A stretch of DNA of 64,000 nt from Candidatus Saccharimonadia bacterium (lineage in GTDB: Bacteria; Patescibacteriota; Saccharimonadia; Saccharimonadales; JALRHH01). The position numbers were made by a program, and so were the translations under genes. A model generated the notes under the pieces. That model had not been told where the DNA came from. It was given only the letters and a program-made list of their open reading frames with translations, and did no database searches. Positions 36,184-46,633 of this stretch are shown piece after piece. The stretch spans positions 64,199 through 128,198 of the forward strand of contig JALRHH010000002.1 in NCBI GenBank assembly GCA_023253175.1. Direction: 5' to 3'. Position 1 is the first letter of the stretch. Every line of letters begins with the position of its first letter.

Positions 36184-37221
36184 TTACAGTAATTTTTCGT
36201 TCGTAGCGTTAACTTGTTTACCGAGATGTTTGTATGCTTTATGCGTTACTTTACGGCCGCGCGGCGTTCGCTCCAGTAGACCTATCTGCATAAGATATGG
36301 CTCAATGAAATCTTCGATCGTACTGCGTTCTTCGGCGGTAAGTGCCGCTAATGTCTCGACACCAACCGGGCCACCACCATAGCTTTCAATAATTGCTTCC
36401 AGCAAATGACGATCTGCCGGATCAAGACCAAGCTCATCAATTTCGAGCAATCCCAACGCTTTTTCACCAACCACCGTATCAATAATTCCATCGCCATTTA
36501 CGTCAGCATAGTCGCGTACTCGCTTTAATAACCTATTTGCAATTCGTGGGGTCAGGCGTGAACGATGTGCAAGCAGCAGCGCCCCATCACTATTAATTTT
36601 TGCGCCCAAAATACCAGCCGCGCGCTCAATGATTTTGCCAATTTGATCTGGTGTATAAAATTCTAACCGATGTATGTGGCCAAAACGGTCCCGTAGTGGC
36701 GCGGCCAAAGCTCCGGTTCGTGTCGTGGCACCAATCAATGTAAACTGCGGCAGGTCTAATCGCATGCTGCGCGCACTCGGGCCTTTGCCCAGCATAATAT
36801 CGAGCTTGTAATCCTCCATCGCACTATAGAGCACTTCCTCAACCGTGCGGTTAAGGCGATGAATTTCATCAATGAATAGCACATCACCATCCTGTAGATT
36901 GGTCAGTAGGCTTGCCAAATCACCTGCCCGTTCAATTGCAGGACCAGAAGTAATCCGAACCTGTGCACCCATTTCGTTGGCAATGACGCTCGCCATGGTC
37001 GTCTTACCTAACCCCGGCGGACCATATAAAAGCACATGGTCCAGTGGCTCGCCGCGCTTCTTAGCAGCCTCAATCGCAAGCTGCAGATTCTTCTTTAATC
37101 TATCCTGGCCGATATAGTTCGCAAAGTCATGCGGCCGTAGCTTGACCTCAAACTCTTCTTCGACAATATCAACCGTAGTTGGATCGTCAGGAGTCGCCGC
37201 ATTAACAATTCGTTCGATCAC
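36184..37221 (-). CDS. ruvB: Holliday junction helicase RuvB
   Basis: 345 aa. [15 protein letters not shown], typical RuvB throughout. Confidence 0.95.
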   Translation of the reverse strand: MIERIVNAATPDDPTTVDIVEEEFEVKLRPHDFANYIGQDRLKKNLQLAIEAAKKRGEPLDHVLLYGPPGLGKTTMASVIANEMGAQVRITSGPAIERAGDLASLLTNLQDGDVLFIDEIHRLNRTVEEVLYSAMEDYKLDIMLGKGPSARSMRLDLPQFTLIGATTRTGALAAPLRDRFGHIHRLEFYTPDQIGKIIERAAGILGAKINSDGALLLAHRSRLTPRIANRLLKRVRDYADVNGDGIIDTVVGEKALGLLEIDELGLDPADRHLLEAIIESYGGGPVGVETLAALTAEERSTIEDFIEPYLMQIGLLERTPRGRKVTHKAYKHLGKQVNATNEKLL

Positions 37222-37311
37222 GAGACTTTGCCTCCTGACTGCATTTTATAGATATGTTCTAGGCTGATCATTAACCATAAGTATATCGCAAAAAGCAAAA
37301 AGCTGGTGTTG

Positions 37312-37890
37312 TTAGTTTGCCTTCAAGGCAAGCTTAATACGCTCTTCTACTGCAAGATCTTTATCAATGTCTTTCAGTGCAGCAGTTGCGTCTTGTGGTG
37401 AGTAGCCCAGACTGATAAGTGCCTCAACTGCCTCATCGCCACTAACTACTCCAGGCCGGGTCACAATGCCTTCCGCAGCCTCGCTTGCGCCAAGTCCCAC
37501 TTTGTCACGTAGCTCAACAACAATCTGCTCGGCCGCGCGCTTGCCGACGCCCTTTGCGCTCTGCAGCAACTTAACATCACCTGCCGCAATTGCACCGCGC
37601 ACGGCAGGTGCAGTGCCAATATCTAGTACGGCAAGCGCAACCTTTGGTCCAACATTCTTTACGCCCAATAATTGCTCGAATAATCGTTTTGTATCTAATT
37701 GCACGAAGCCGAATAGGTCAAAGCTCTGTTCGCGAATATGCTCATACACATACAATTTTGCTTCTTGCTCGGTCGTCAGGCGACCGTAATCCTCTGCCGT
37801 AACCTGCACCCCGTAGCCAATGCCTGCGCAGTCAATCACAACCTGCGTATCTATCTTTTCCGAAACAATTCCCCTTAATGTCGCAATCAT
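37312..37890 (-). CDS. ruvA: Holliday junction DNA-binding protein RuvA
   Basis: 192 aa. MIATLRGIV start, HhH motifs (GVGPKVALAVL, VKGVGKRAAEQI). Confidence 0.9.
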   Translation of the reverse strand: MIATLRGIVSEKIDTQVVIDCAGIGYGVQVTAEDYGRLTTEQEAKLYVYEHIREQSFDLFGFVQLDTKRLFEQLLGVKNVGPKVALAVLDIGTAPAVRGAIAAGDVKLLQSAKGVGKRAAEQIVVELRDKVGLGASEAAEGIVTRPGVVSGDEAVEALISLGYSPQDATAALKDIDKDLAVEERIKLALKAN

Positions 37891-37929
37891 AAAATCATTA
37901 TCTCATATAAACTTTGCTATAATCGCAGC

Positions 37930-38814
37930 ATGTCGGAAATTTATGTCGAAGAACTAAATGTATATCCTATTAAATCCTGTGGCCCAATCAGGAGCGAAAG
38001 TTTTGAAGTCTCCGCCAAAGGACTTGCCTATGACAGAGAATGGGTTATTACAAGACCAAACGGCACATTCATATCCCAGCGCACCAATCCAGAACTTGCG
38101 CTCGTAGAGACAGCCCTAGATGGAGACAAATTATTACTTAACGCACCATTGGTAGGTGAAATAGCTATTTCGCTTGAGAGAGATTCAGAGGAAGAAACTG
38201 AAATAGATATATTCAAAAAGCCAGGGACAGGCACAGATGAAGGAGATGTAGCCGCCAATTACTTCAGTGACTACCTCGGAAAGCCAGTTCGACTGTTCAG
38301 AAATAAGCAGCCGCGGCTTATTAAAGAAGAGTGTCGGCAGGATGGAGTGAGTTCTGACGTGGGATTTGCAGACGGCTTCCCCGTTCTACTCGCTTCAATA
38401 AAGTCACTCGGTATGCTCAACAAATCATCCCTTCAGCCAATAGACATGGCACGCTTCCGGGCTAATATCGTCATTAATGGCGACGGGCTTGAGGCGTACG
38501 AAGAAGATTACTGGCGCCAAGTTTCCATCGGCAAGCATGCAGGCTTCCATATTGTCCGCGCCTGTGCTCGTTGTCCTATGCCAAATATCGATCAGTCGGC
38601 AGGAATCTTACCTAAACCAGCAGACCGCTTCGTCTCGGCTGCGCTGAAAGAAAGCCGGAGCGGGATTGACCCACTCAATGGCAAAGAAGAAGTTTTCTTT
38701 GGTCAAAACCTCAGCCCAAGTCTTAGTACGATTGGCCAGACTATTAGCGTTGGCGATAAACTGAGCATACATGATGCAGAAGACTCCAGAAATCTTCTGC
38801 CAATTAGCGAATAG
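37930..38814 (+). CDS. MOSC domain-containing protein
   Basis: 294 aa. LNVYPIKSCG N-terminal beta-barrel, C-terminal RANIVI..CARCPMPNIDQ with conserved Cys. Confidence 0.75.
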   Translation: MSEIYVEELNVYPIKSCGPIRSESFEVSAKGLAYDREWVITRPNGTFISQRTNPELALVETALDGDKLLLNAPLVGEIAISLERDSEEETEIDIFKKPGTGTDEGDVAANYFSDYLGKPVRLFRNKQPRLIKEECRQDGVSSDVGFADGFPVLLASIKSLGMLNKSSLQPIDMARFRANIVINGDGLEAYEEDYWRQVSIGKHAGFHIVRACARCPMPNIDQSAGILPKPADRFVSAALKESRSGIDPLNGKEEVFFGQNLSPSLSTIGQTISVGDKLSIHDAEDSRNLLPISE

Positions 38815-39277
38815 TCTGGGCACAGGTTAGTGCGGCTGCGATTGCGTCGGCTGCGTCATCTGGTTTTGGCACTTCTTGAAGTCCCAGAATTACACGCACC
38901 ATTTCCTGAACCTGCTTTTTGTCTGCCTTACCATACCCCGTAATTGCCATCTTGATTTGTAGCGGCGTGAACTCATGCAGTTCCATACCGTGCTGTTTGC
39001 CGCAAAGCAGCACTACACCCCTTGCCTGTGATACGCTCATCGCCGTTGTCACATTCTGTGCAAAGAATAGCTTTTCAACCGACATAACTGTTGGTTTTAA
39101 TTCGGTAATAATTTCATGGAGTTCATCATAGATTGTTATCAAGCGATCACTATCTGCCTGATGTGCTGGTGTCCGAATAACACCGCCATCAACCAACGTT
39201 GCCTTACCTCGACTATCCACATCAATGACCCCAAACCCCAAAATACCCGTTCCTGGATCAATGCCTAGAATTCGCAT
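38804..39277 (-). CDS. ruvC: Holliday junction resolvase RuvC
   Basis: 157 aa. MRILGIDPGT, EKLFF, DAADAIAAAL. Confidence 0.9.
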   Translation of the reverse strand: MRILGIDPGTGILGFGVIDVDSRGKATLVDGGVIRTPAHQADSDRLITIYDELHEIITELKPTVMSVEKLFFAQNVTTAMSVSQARGVVLLCGKQHGMELHEFTPLQIKMAITGYGKADKKQVQEMVRVILGLQEVPKPDDAADAIAAALTCAQTIR

Positions 39278-39876
39278 AAAGAAAACTCCATGACCCGTCT
39301 AACACAGGTGCCGTTATCACCCATTTCGTATAGCCCAACCTTGTCGAACAATCCCGTAAAATCATGGAAATCAGGAAGCTGCAGGGCTCTAAGTTCCTGG
39401 TCTTCATCAAACCTAGTAATCGTTAGATGTGGTCGGTATAGTGTGCCAATACTGTCCCAGCCATATGTCATGAAATTATATAACTTGTCCCCTTCAGAAA
39501 CTTTCATACGTTCCGCATCTTTCTCGCGCATACCGTCTCTTAAGGGGTTAAGTGCATTGACCACGTCAAACTGCAAACTACTAAGAGCATCTGGTTTACT
39601 ATACTCTACATCAAGAAATTGCATTGCCTGCCAATAACGCAAGGCTATCAAGTTAAACATTTTAGTATTAACAGCAATCCTTTTCAGTGCTTCCTCCACT
39701 TTGCCTAATATAGAAGTCTCTAGTTGGAGCATGTATATCGAGACATGGGGATAAAAAAGACCGTCCTCCAAGGTGAAGCGGACGCCATGTATATGCAGCT
39801 CTTTACTGAGAGCCGCTGCCTTGTTTGCAATGCTGCTGTCAGGCAAGAGCACAACATTATAAGCCCGACTTGCCAT
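39265..39876 (-). CDS. 2H phosphoesterase (LigT / 2'-5' RNA ligase-like)
   Basis: 203 aa. Two H-x-[ST]-x motifs: PHVSIYM and PHLTITR. Confidence 0.6.
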   Translation of the reverse strand: MASRAYNVVLLPDSSIANKAAALSKELHIHGVRFTLEDGLFYPHVSIYMLQLETSILGKVEEALKRIAVNTKMFNLIALRYWQAMQFLDVEYSKPDALSSLQFDVVNALNPLRDGMREKDAERMKVSEGDKLYNFMTYGWDSIGTLYRPHLTITRFDEDQELRALQLPDFHDFTGLFDKVGLYEMGDNGTCVRRVMEFSLCEF

Positions 39877-39879
39877 CTC

Positions 39880-40605
39880 CTAGCCTAGCAGTTCTTCTGG
39901 AATATCGAAATTTACGTGGGTGTTGGTTACGTCATCGACTTCGTCAAGGGCATCCATCATACGCATGATTTTTCCAGCAGTAGCTTCGTCAGTAACCTCA
40001 ATTGTGTTATTTGGAATATATGTCAGTTCTGCTTCGATAATCTCTATACCAGCTTCGCGGAGTGCATCACGAACCTTTGCGAGCTCTTTTGGATCGGTGT
40101 AAATCAGTGACTCGCCATCGTCTTCTTGCACATCATCTGCGCCTGCATCAAGCGCCTGCAACATGATCTCGTCACCCACGCCCTTTACACGGATTTCGCC
40201 TTTGTGCGAAAACTGAAATGCCACAGAGCCCTTGTCCGCCATTGTGCCGCCGTGTTTCGTAACAGCCAAACGGACTTCCGGGAATGTGCGGTTTACATTG
40301 TCAGTCGCCGCTTCGATAATAATTGCAGTTCCACCTGGACCGTAGGCTTCGTACAGCAATTCCTGGAGTGCCGCAGCGTTCTTGTCCTTAACACGATCAA
40401 TTGCCCGGTTAATGTTGTTAGCCGGCATGTTGGCGGCCTTTGCCTTATCAATTGCAAGACGCAGCGCAAAGTTCGTATCAGGATCCGTACCGCTCCGCGC
40501 AGCAAGCGCAATTGCGTTACCTAACTTTGTGAAAACTACACCGCGCTTGGCGTCTTCGATTGCCTTACCGCGGTGAATTTTTGCCCATTTTGAATGTCCG
40601 GCCAC
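39880..40605 (-). CDS. yebC: YebC/PmpR family DNA-binding regulator
   Basis: 241 aa. MAGHSKWAKIHRGKA start. Confidence 0.9.
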   Translation of the reverse strand: MAGHSKWAKIHRGKAIEDAKRGVVFTKLGNAIALAARSGTDPDTNFALRLAIDKAKAANMPANNINRAIDRVKDKNAAALQELLYEAYGPGGTAIIIEAATDNVNRTFPEVRLAVTKHGGTMADKGSVAFQFSHKGEIRVKGVGDEIMLQALDAGADDVQEDDGESLIYTDPKELAKVRDALREAGIEIIEAELTYIPNNTIEVTDEATAGKIMRMMDALDEVDDVTNTHVNFDIPEELLG

Positions 40606-40681
40606 TACTAAACTCCGTATTATATATCGTATTTCTTATCTGTTATTGTAACAGAATGATCTACTAGCTTAAAGTATCCGG

Positions 40682-41128
40682 CTACCTGGACGGCTGGACG
40701 GCACGCTCAACATATTCAACCGCACGGCCAAGTGATTCAAGCGTGTACACCTCGGTAGATGCGACGACCGGCTCCCCGCTACCATCAGGCGACGGCATCC
40801 ATACCTGTATTTCAGATACACCTCCATCACTACTAATATCGATAGCTGCGAAGTATCGCGGTTCGTCCTCCATTGGCATAAAGTAATCAATATGCGCCGA
40901 AAATTCTGATGTATCGGCTGCATTCCGCCTGAGCCACATCGGTCTAATACTCTTACCATCCTCAAGCGCATCTTCAGCAGACTCCACCCACTGCTCACAT
41001 ATTTCCTGAAAATATGTGTCATAGTCCCTCGGTATATGTACGTGCAGTTCAGCAAACCGCCCTGCACGATCTATATCCGGACTTGATACTTCCTGATTCT
41101 CTGGCTGAGCCGCCTGATTTTCCGCCAT
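40682..41128 (-). CDS. Hypothetical acidic protein
   Basis: 148 aa. AAGGAG RBS 7 nt upstream. Preferred over the alternative-frame ORF 40669-41067, which is R/C/L-rich. Confidence 0.5.
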   Translation of the reverse strand: MAENQAAQPENQEVSSPDIDRAGRFAELHVHIPRDYDTYFQEICEQWVESAEDALEDGKSIRPMWLRRNAADTSEFSAHIDYFMPMEDEPRYFAAIDISSDGGVSEIQVWMPSPDGSGEPVVASTEVYTLESLGRAVEYVERAVQPSR

Positions 41129-41320
41129 AACATAACTCCTTAAACTACTTATCTATCCGTTATTATAGCGCATCTTTTATCACAAAGTTGACAATAGTAC
41201 CCTTTCTATACATAGTACTTTTCATGAACACTGAAGGAGCTCAAGAACCCGGTCTACCCAGTGGCAATATCTAAAACCCTAATGCTTGCACTGCTATAGT
41301 CATAGGACTATTATTGCTCA

Positions 41321-41653
41321 ATGACAGAAAACATCGGACCACTCAACCGCGAATTTCCGCCTTTTGGAAGCATGACACTCAATGGTAATGAAATTATTCA
41401 CCACATGGACGTGCTTGATTTTCCTGATAAACCAAAAAATGAAACATGCATCGAACATCTTGAAGAAGGTGCTGCGTCAGACTTACTAGACGAATTCATG
41501 CTGGCTGGCTGTCATTTTCCTAAACCGGGTGAAGAGCAAATGATACGAACTGCCTTTGTCTGCCCCGGTCCATCAATGCTTAAAAAATGTAGACTTAAAC
41601 TAGTCCAAGCTGATGCTGAAGGCAAAATTATAACCACTGTGGATGTTATCTAA
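41321..41653 (+). CDS. Hypothetical protein
   Basis: 110 aa, no motif recognised. Confidence 0.4.
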   Translation: MTENIGPLNREFPPFGSMTLNGNEIIHHMDVLDFPDKPKNETCIEHLEEGAASDLLDEFMLAGCHFPKPGEEQMIRTAFVCPGPSMLKKCRLKLVQADAEGKIITTVDVI

Positions 41654-41945
41654 TATGGATGCTCACGGAGTAGAACAACAATACGGTGAAAAATTTGAGA
41701 AAACAATGCGCGAAAAAAAGTTTTTCAATGGCATGTTCAAAGGTATGGCCGGTATTTCAGTTGCAGCAGGAAGCGTAAACGCGCTTATCCTCGAAGACGA
41801 TCGTCTGACATATGTTTGCGGACCCTACCTCGGGGCAGCTGTCATGCTTCTTGCAAGCGAAGCAATGAACTACGTTTACGACAGACTACAAGACAATGTT
41901 ATACAACTCGGGACTCATAGCTTCCACGAAGAACACCCAGAGTAA
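41643..41945 (+). CDS. Hypothetical membrane protein
   Basis: 100 aa with two hydrophobic segments. Overlaps the upstream ORF by 11 nt. Confidence 0.4.
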   Translation: MLSNMDAHGVEQQYGEKFEKTMREKKFFNGMFKGMAGISVAAGSVNALILEDDRLTYVCGPYLGAAVMLLASEAMNYVYDRLQDNVIQLGTHSFHEEHPE

Positions 41946-43493
41946 TCACCTCCTAGCGCCAATCCTGCTCAACAAAGATCTAGTAAACAGTGTGATATCT
42001 TGGCGCCATTCGTAGACCGCATAGCCGATTACTGCAACCAGTACAACAGCTGCAATTATCCATTTTTTAGACGACTCTTTTATTGGAGACTGGACATCAG
42101 TCACGGCCGCAAGAGTATTTGGCGAAGCAGATGAGACCTTGCGGCAGCGATTTGTTTCAGGGTTTCTTTCCTGATTCTCGCCGCATGCTGCAAGTGCCTG
42201 GCTCGCAGCGGCAATACGCCTGCAACGATTAGTAAGAATATTACGCTCCTCCCCTGGCTCACAAGACACTAATGTTGCGGCAGCAGTTGTAATAATAGAA
42301 CGACAACGGTTCGTGGCCGGATTACGCTCTTTGCCCTCCTCGCAGGCCGCAAGCTCGCTCACCGCGTCCTCTATTGATCGGCACCTATTGGTCTCCGGGT
42401 TTCGGTATTTACCCGCAGGGCATACTGCAGGAGTTGATACAATCTCTGGTTCATTAGTAATAATTGGAAAGTTATTTGCATCAATCGGACTCGGTATTGC
42501 CCATGTCCAAATTCCAGTCTGGTCATTCAGGGCCCAGGACTGATCAACATACTTCTCGCTGCCTGCATCCGCATATGAAATAAGTGTGTTTCCATAGCGA
42601 GTTACACCAAATATGTCCTCCAACCAAACATATCCTCCGCTGTTTGTAAGTGATAGCACGTCTCCGTCATCCCTCAGATTAAGAAGTAAGTAGTTATCAT
42701 GAACTGTGGCATTCAATAATGAGAAAGTATTAGTAACTGATTCACTGGTTCCCGTGCGCACACGATACCTTCCAATATCAGATGCATCAAACCCGGCCTT
42801 CATCCTGAGCTTTATGTAGTCACTGCATGTCGGCGATGCCTCAAAAGGCGAACAACTTTTTGAACGTGCTAAAACCTCAACTATTTCAACAAGCGGCTCA
42901 GGCGGTACGTCATACAAATGGTCCGCCTCTATGGACCCAGTTGACAGTGGAGTGTTCAGTGCAGAGACAGCGGTACTATAACCAGTAGTCGTGCGGCTCC
43001 GTTTATATACGACGTCGTCAGTCTTCAGGTCAGTCGGTATGGTCACCGTCAAGAAATTAGGGGATTCAATCCATAGCGTTTTTGGCTCCCAGCCGGAAGG
43101 CGCAAAACGAAACGAAACCCTGTTATTGGAAGTCAACACATCGACGGCAGCAGCCAATATATGACTGTTTGGCAACATGCGGCCGCTCAGCGGTATTGAC
43201 TCAGTGATAGCTGGATTACTCTTGCGTGAGTAGCGAAGCTGCATACCATCCAACGTCAATAGATCATCACTTCCGTTGTATAACTGCACAAGATTCAGAC
43301 CATCTGATGCAGCCTGATAGGCAGTAATCATAAGAGCCGAGGAAGGCGAGACCGGGCTGGTAGGCACAGGCGTAAGCTCAGCACTCACTTGCTCCAGTGG
43401 AGCAAGTGAAAGTATCACCAAAACTACAGCTGCTATATAATTAACCACCCTAAGCATTACCGAAATAGTACACGTGCTGCTAGGAACTGTCAA
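41946..43493 (-). CDS. Secreted lamin-tail-domain (LTD)-like protein with four Cys-bracketed repeats and C-terminal TM anchor
   Basis: 515 aa (alternative start ATG 43457). LMITAYQAASDGLNLVQLYNGSDDLLTLDGMQLRY resembles the LTD consensus. Four C-x2-G-x2-RN-x2-TNRCR repeats; TM WIIAAVVLVAVIGYAVY. Confidence 0.6.
   Translation of the reverse strand: MTVPSSTCTISVMLRVVNYIAAVVLVILSLAPLEQVSAELTPVPTSPVSPSSALMITAYQAASDGLNLVQLYNGSDDLLTLDGMQLRYSRKSNPAITESIPLSGRMLPNSHILAAAVDVLTSNNRVSFRFAPSGWEPKTLWIESPNFLTVTIPTDLKTDDVVYKRSRTTTGYSTAVSALNTPLSTGSIEADHLYDVPPEPLVEIVEVLARSKSCSPFEASPTCSDYIKLRMKAGFDASDIGRYRVRTGTSESVTNTFSLLNATVHDNYLLLNLRDDGDVLSLTNSGGYVWLEDIFGVTRYGNTLISYADAGSEKYVDQSWALNDQTGIWTWAIPSPIDANNFPIITNEPEIVSTPAVCPAGKYRNPETNRCRSIEDAVSELAACEEGKERNPATNRCRSIITTAAATLVSCEPGEERNILTNRCRRIAAASQALAACGENQERNPETNRCRKVSSASPNTLAAVTDVQSPIKESSKKWIIAAVVLVAVIGYAVYEWRQDITLFTRSLLSRIGARR
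42138..42422 (-). repeat. Four tandem ~24-aa repeats C-x2-G-x-x-RN-x-x-TNRCR-x
   Basis: CPAGKYRNPETNRCRSI / CEEGKERNPATNRCRSI / CEPGEERNILTNRCRRI / CGENQERNPETNRCRKV (aa 358-452). Confidence 0.85.
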
Positions 43494-44959
43494 AAATCTC
43501 TTTGCAGATTGCTGTTCTTGCGGAAGCTATGACCCGTAACCTTCCATAAATATATCATCAAGAACATGATTGCCGTGTATGCAGCAGCTACTACCTGCCA
43601 GCCTATCTCAAGCTCCTTTTTCGCCCCAGGAGCAGTCGCAAGCCAATCAATAACCAGCTTCATGTACTCAAGGATTGCATCAAGAGGTAACCCTATTAGA
43701 AATGCGAGAGACGGCATCACGACTCCAATAATACCAGCGGCAAATGTCAACAACATAGTCAGTGGGACCAGAGGAACAACGAGAATATTTGCCAGCAACG
43801 CATAGGGTGAATAATAACCGAAGGCCGCAACGACAATCGGTAGTGTCGTGACTTGAGCTGCAATTGTTGCAATCAGCACTTCCCTAAATATTCCTGGACT
43901 CTTGTCTGCACCCCAAAAATAATGATGCAGTAGTGGAGCCAGAATGATCACTCCTGCAAATGCCGCAAACGAGAGATACCATCCCACATCACCCCATATA
44001 TATGATGGATTATAGAGTACCGTAATTGCCGCCACGAATGGCAGTAGCACCATAGGATGAACTACCCTTCCGTAATACCAAGCCAAGAGACTAATCCCTG
44101 ATACAAGTCCCGCCCTAGTCATCGACGGACTGAATCCCGTAACAAGTAAAAAACCACCAATCATTCCAAATGACATGACAGCTGTTAAATACTTTGAAAC
44201 TTTAATAAATAGTCGTCGGACCGCGCCTACTAAAATAGTCAGATGTGCACCGCTTGCAACAACTGCATGAATAAGACCGATCGTCTTCAGCTGGTCGTTG
44301 AGTGTTTCTGGTGTAGTTAACTTCTGTCCTACCAAATAAGCCAATGCAAACTGTGCATCTTCACCAGGAACAGCCTTTTCAACCCCACCAGCAAACCAAT
44401 CACGTGCCTCCCTGCCAATATCACCATGGCTTGGATATGTAATGCCTAGAATCTTCGCCCGAAACATACTTGCTGGCATCGTACCAAATCCTTCTAGCAA
44501 AGAACCACGAACCGTAACCAAATCGCCTCTCTTCATAACGCCGGTATCCGATGTTGACACCCACACTACCCCAGGTAAGTGTTGCCCCTTAATACTTACA
44601 TCACCGATACGAAGGCGTACATCTCCTTTCTTGCCAAATGAGACGTCTTCAACAACCCTACCCGTAAGTACAACCTCTTTACCATAGTATTTCTGATAAT
44701 CCTGAAGATGTACATACTCTGAACTCCCCCTATAAAGACCAAGTAGCATACCTGCCACCAAAGCGAATACAAATAAATAGCGATACTTGTGCAATAAAGA
44801 GCTTAGGGACAAAGACAAGGCAACTATGAGCCACAAATAGGAGTCGAATCCGCTACTAATCGTTGCTGCGAAAGAACCAGCCAGCACCCCGATGCTAATC
44901 CACATGAAAAACCAGGAGGCGTGCATTCGTCCCCCGAGCCACCTCAATACAAATCTCAT
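43490..44959 (-). CDS. comEC: ComEC/Rec2 family DNA internalisation channel (competence domain only)
   Basis: 489 aa, polytopic. OB-like N region (VVLTGRVVEDV..), LIHAVVASGAHLTIL-type competence motif. Confidence 0.75.
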   Translation of the reverse strand: MRFVLRWLGGRMHASWFFMWISIGVLAGSFAATISSGFDSYLWLIVALSLSLSSLLHKYRYLFVFALVAGMLLGLYRGSSEYVHLQDYQKYYGKEVVLTGRVVEDVSFGKKGDVRLRIGDVSIKGQHLPGVVWVSTSDTGVMKRGDLVTVRGSLLEGFGTMPASMFRAKILGITYPSHGDIGREARDWFAGGVEKAVPGEDAQFALAYLVGQKLTTPETLNDQLKTIGLIHAVVASGAHLTILVGAVRRLFIKVSKYLTAVMSFGMIGGFLLVTGFSPSMTRAGLVSGISLLAWYYGRVVHPMVLLPFVAAITVLYNPSYIWGDVGWYLSFAAFAGVIILAPLLHHYFWGADKSPGIFREVLIATIAAQVTTLPIVVAAFGYYSPYALLANILVVPLVPLTMLLTFAAGIIGVVMPSLAFLIGLPLDAILEYMKLVIDWLATAPGAKKELEIGWQVVAAAYTAIMFLMIYLWKVTGHSFRKNSNLQRDF

Positions 44960-44960
44960 A

Positions 44961-45680
44961 TTAGTTACCTACAATCGGTAATACTTGGTCAGGGCAAGCA
45001 GACAAGATAGATCTCATCGCACGCCCCTCAGCATCCGCGAGCCATAATGAATATTTAATTTTGACGGCAATTTGGCGGGCGACGTAGCGGCAACGGTACT
45101 CTTTGTTTGGTGGCAGCCACGTTGCGGCATCCCCATCACCTTTATCATTATTTGTCGGGCCATCTACGGCCAATAGATTCAGTGGATCGTTATAAAACTG
45201 ATTACGTAATTCTGGCGTTAACTGCTGGGCACCCTTTTGCCAGGCATCTGACACTGCGACTACGTGATCAATCTGCACTGCTTGGCTGGTATTAATCCCC
45301 CGCTGGAAATCAATTACCTTACCAGAATACGGATCTGGATCGAGCCGACCAGTCAGCACGCGGCAGCCGTCTTCATCCAATTTTGTATCTTTTAAATCAC
45401 GCAGTAAAATAAGCTCACGTACGCTGCAGTTATCAATTTCTCCCCAGCCATTACTGAACTTGCTCCGGTCATAGCCAGTTTTTGGCGCCCTACCCTTAAC
45501 CTCTAATTTTTCCAGTGCCTGCAGTGCATTTTCGGATGGCGGCTGTTCAGCTTTTGAAACCACACCCAGCGTTTGGGGCTGCTCCGTAGGACGTTCCTGA
45601 ATTGCCTCGTATAACAGCCCTGAAAGTAGCGATACGATCACGAAAATAGCTGCAGACAATCGCCGCTTACGCTCACGCAC
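44961..45680 (-). CDS. Secreted DUF1524 / His-Me finger (HNH-like) nuclease
   Basis: 239 aa. N-terminal TM/signal, VQIDHVVAVSDAWQKGA ... NLLAVDGPTNNDKGDGDAATWLP. Confidence 0.65.
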   Translation of the reverse strand: MRERKRRLSAAIFVIVSLLSGLLYEAIQERPTEQPQTLGVVSKAEQPPSENALQALEKLEVKGRAPKTGYDRSKFSNGWGEIDNCSVRELILLRDLKDTKLDEDGCRVLTGRLDPDPYSGKVIDFQRGINTSQAVQIDHVVAVSDAWQKGAQQLTPELRNQFYNDPLNLLAVDGPTNNDKGDGDAATWLPPNKEYRCRYVARQIAVKIKYSLWLADAEGRAMRSILSACPDQVLPIVGN

Positions 45681-45855
45681 CTAGAATATCCCCATATTTC
45701 ATTACAATGCATTATAACTGCATACGCTTGTTGGCTCTACGTAATATTCACCAGGTGAACAGTATGTACAGACAATAAGTAGTTGTGTTGCCGGGCGCGT
45801 CAGAGGTTGGCTGTTAGGCCAAACAATGACGCACCCGGCGACTTCACAACTGGTT

Positions 45856-46608
45856 CTACTCCAGACCGACGTATTCCGCGAAGAACACGTGGTTATCAGT
45901 CTGTTGACCTCCATCCTCACGCAAGTTGCACGTGATGAAGACGAGACGATCGGGGATCTTCCTCCACACTCTGGCTACGCTGGGGAGCGTTTCCTGTGGA
46001 GTCTTGAGACTATCCTTCACCCTGTAGTGCAACCGGACGCCGAGCGCCAGAGAAGCCTCCGTGGTGAGGTAGATGTCATCCCCATCTTGAAGTTGTTGAT
46101 CAAGCACATCGAACGCTGCAAGGCAGCCGGGCTTCCTGCAGGTGTGGCCTGCGAAGTAGGAAGACCTCGATGTGTTTGAACCTGGACGCGTCCCTCGAGA
46201 CGTGTCGAAGTAGATCGTGTCGGCAGCCGTTGCCGGGTCGAAGGGCGGATCGATGATATCACCGAAGTAGTCGTCCTCAACCCGAACCTGGAAACCGATA
46301 CGCGGTACCTCGACTCGAATTGGCCGAGAGATCTCAACCTGTACTGGTTGTACAGGAGCTGTCTCTTCGGGCATGAAGGGACCATATACTGCCGGAGGCA
46401 GTACAGGTGGCCGAGGGAAGAAGTCACCTTGCGCTGACGGAAGATCCGTCTTCGGAGCACCGAGCTTACCGGTTGTGGCCAGAGGCACACTCGCAGTCAG
46501 CAGGGTTGCTACGAACGCAAGGAGGGCGCACGTGCACCAGAACTTCATCCATCGACCAGCAGTTGAACTGCCGGGTTTTGGTGCCCGGTGCCGTGCGCCG
46601 CGGACCAC
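45856..46608 (-). CDS. Class F sortase (intact His and Cys), high-GC
   Basis: 250 aa (GTG start; alternative ATG 46548 MKFWCTCALLAFVATLL TM). VEVPRIGFQVRV, YFAGHT, DGDDIYLT, RLVFITCN. Confidence 0.75.
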   Translation of the reverse strand: MVRGARHRAPKPGSSTAGRWMKFWCTCALLAFVATLLTASVPLATTGKLGAPKTDLPSAQGDFFPRPPVLPPAVYGPFMPEETAPVQPVQVEISRPIRVEVPRIGFQVRVEDDYFGDIIDPPFDPATAADTIYFDTSRGTRPGSNTSRSSYFAGHTCRKPGCLAAFDVLDQQLQDGDDIYLTTEASLALGVRLHYRVKDSLKTPQETLPSVARVWRKIPDRLVFITCNLREDGGQQTDNHVFFAEYVGLE

Positions 46609-46633
46609 TGTGTTCCCTCAGGTCATGAGGTTG

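Noticed and set aside
40669-41067. 132-aa minus-strand ORF overlapping 40682-41128 in another frame
   Set aside because: Its R/C/L/S-rich sequence has no RBS. The overlapping frame has an AAGGAG RBS and a more protein-like acidic composition.
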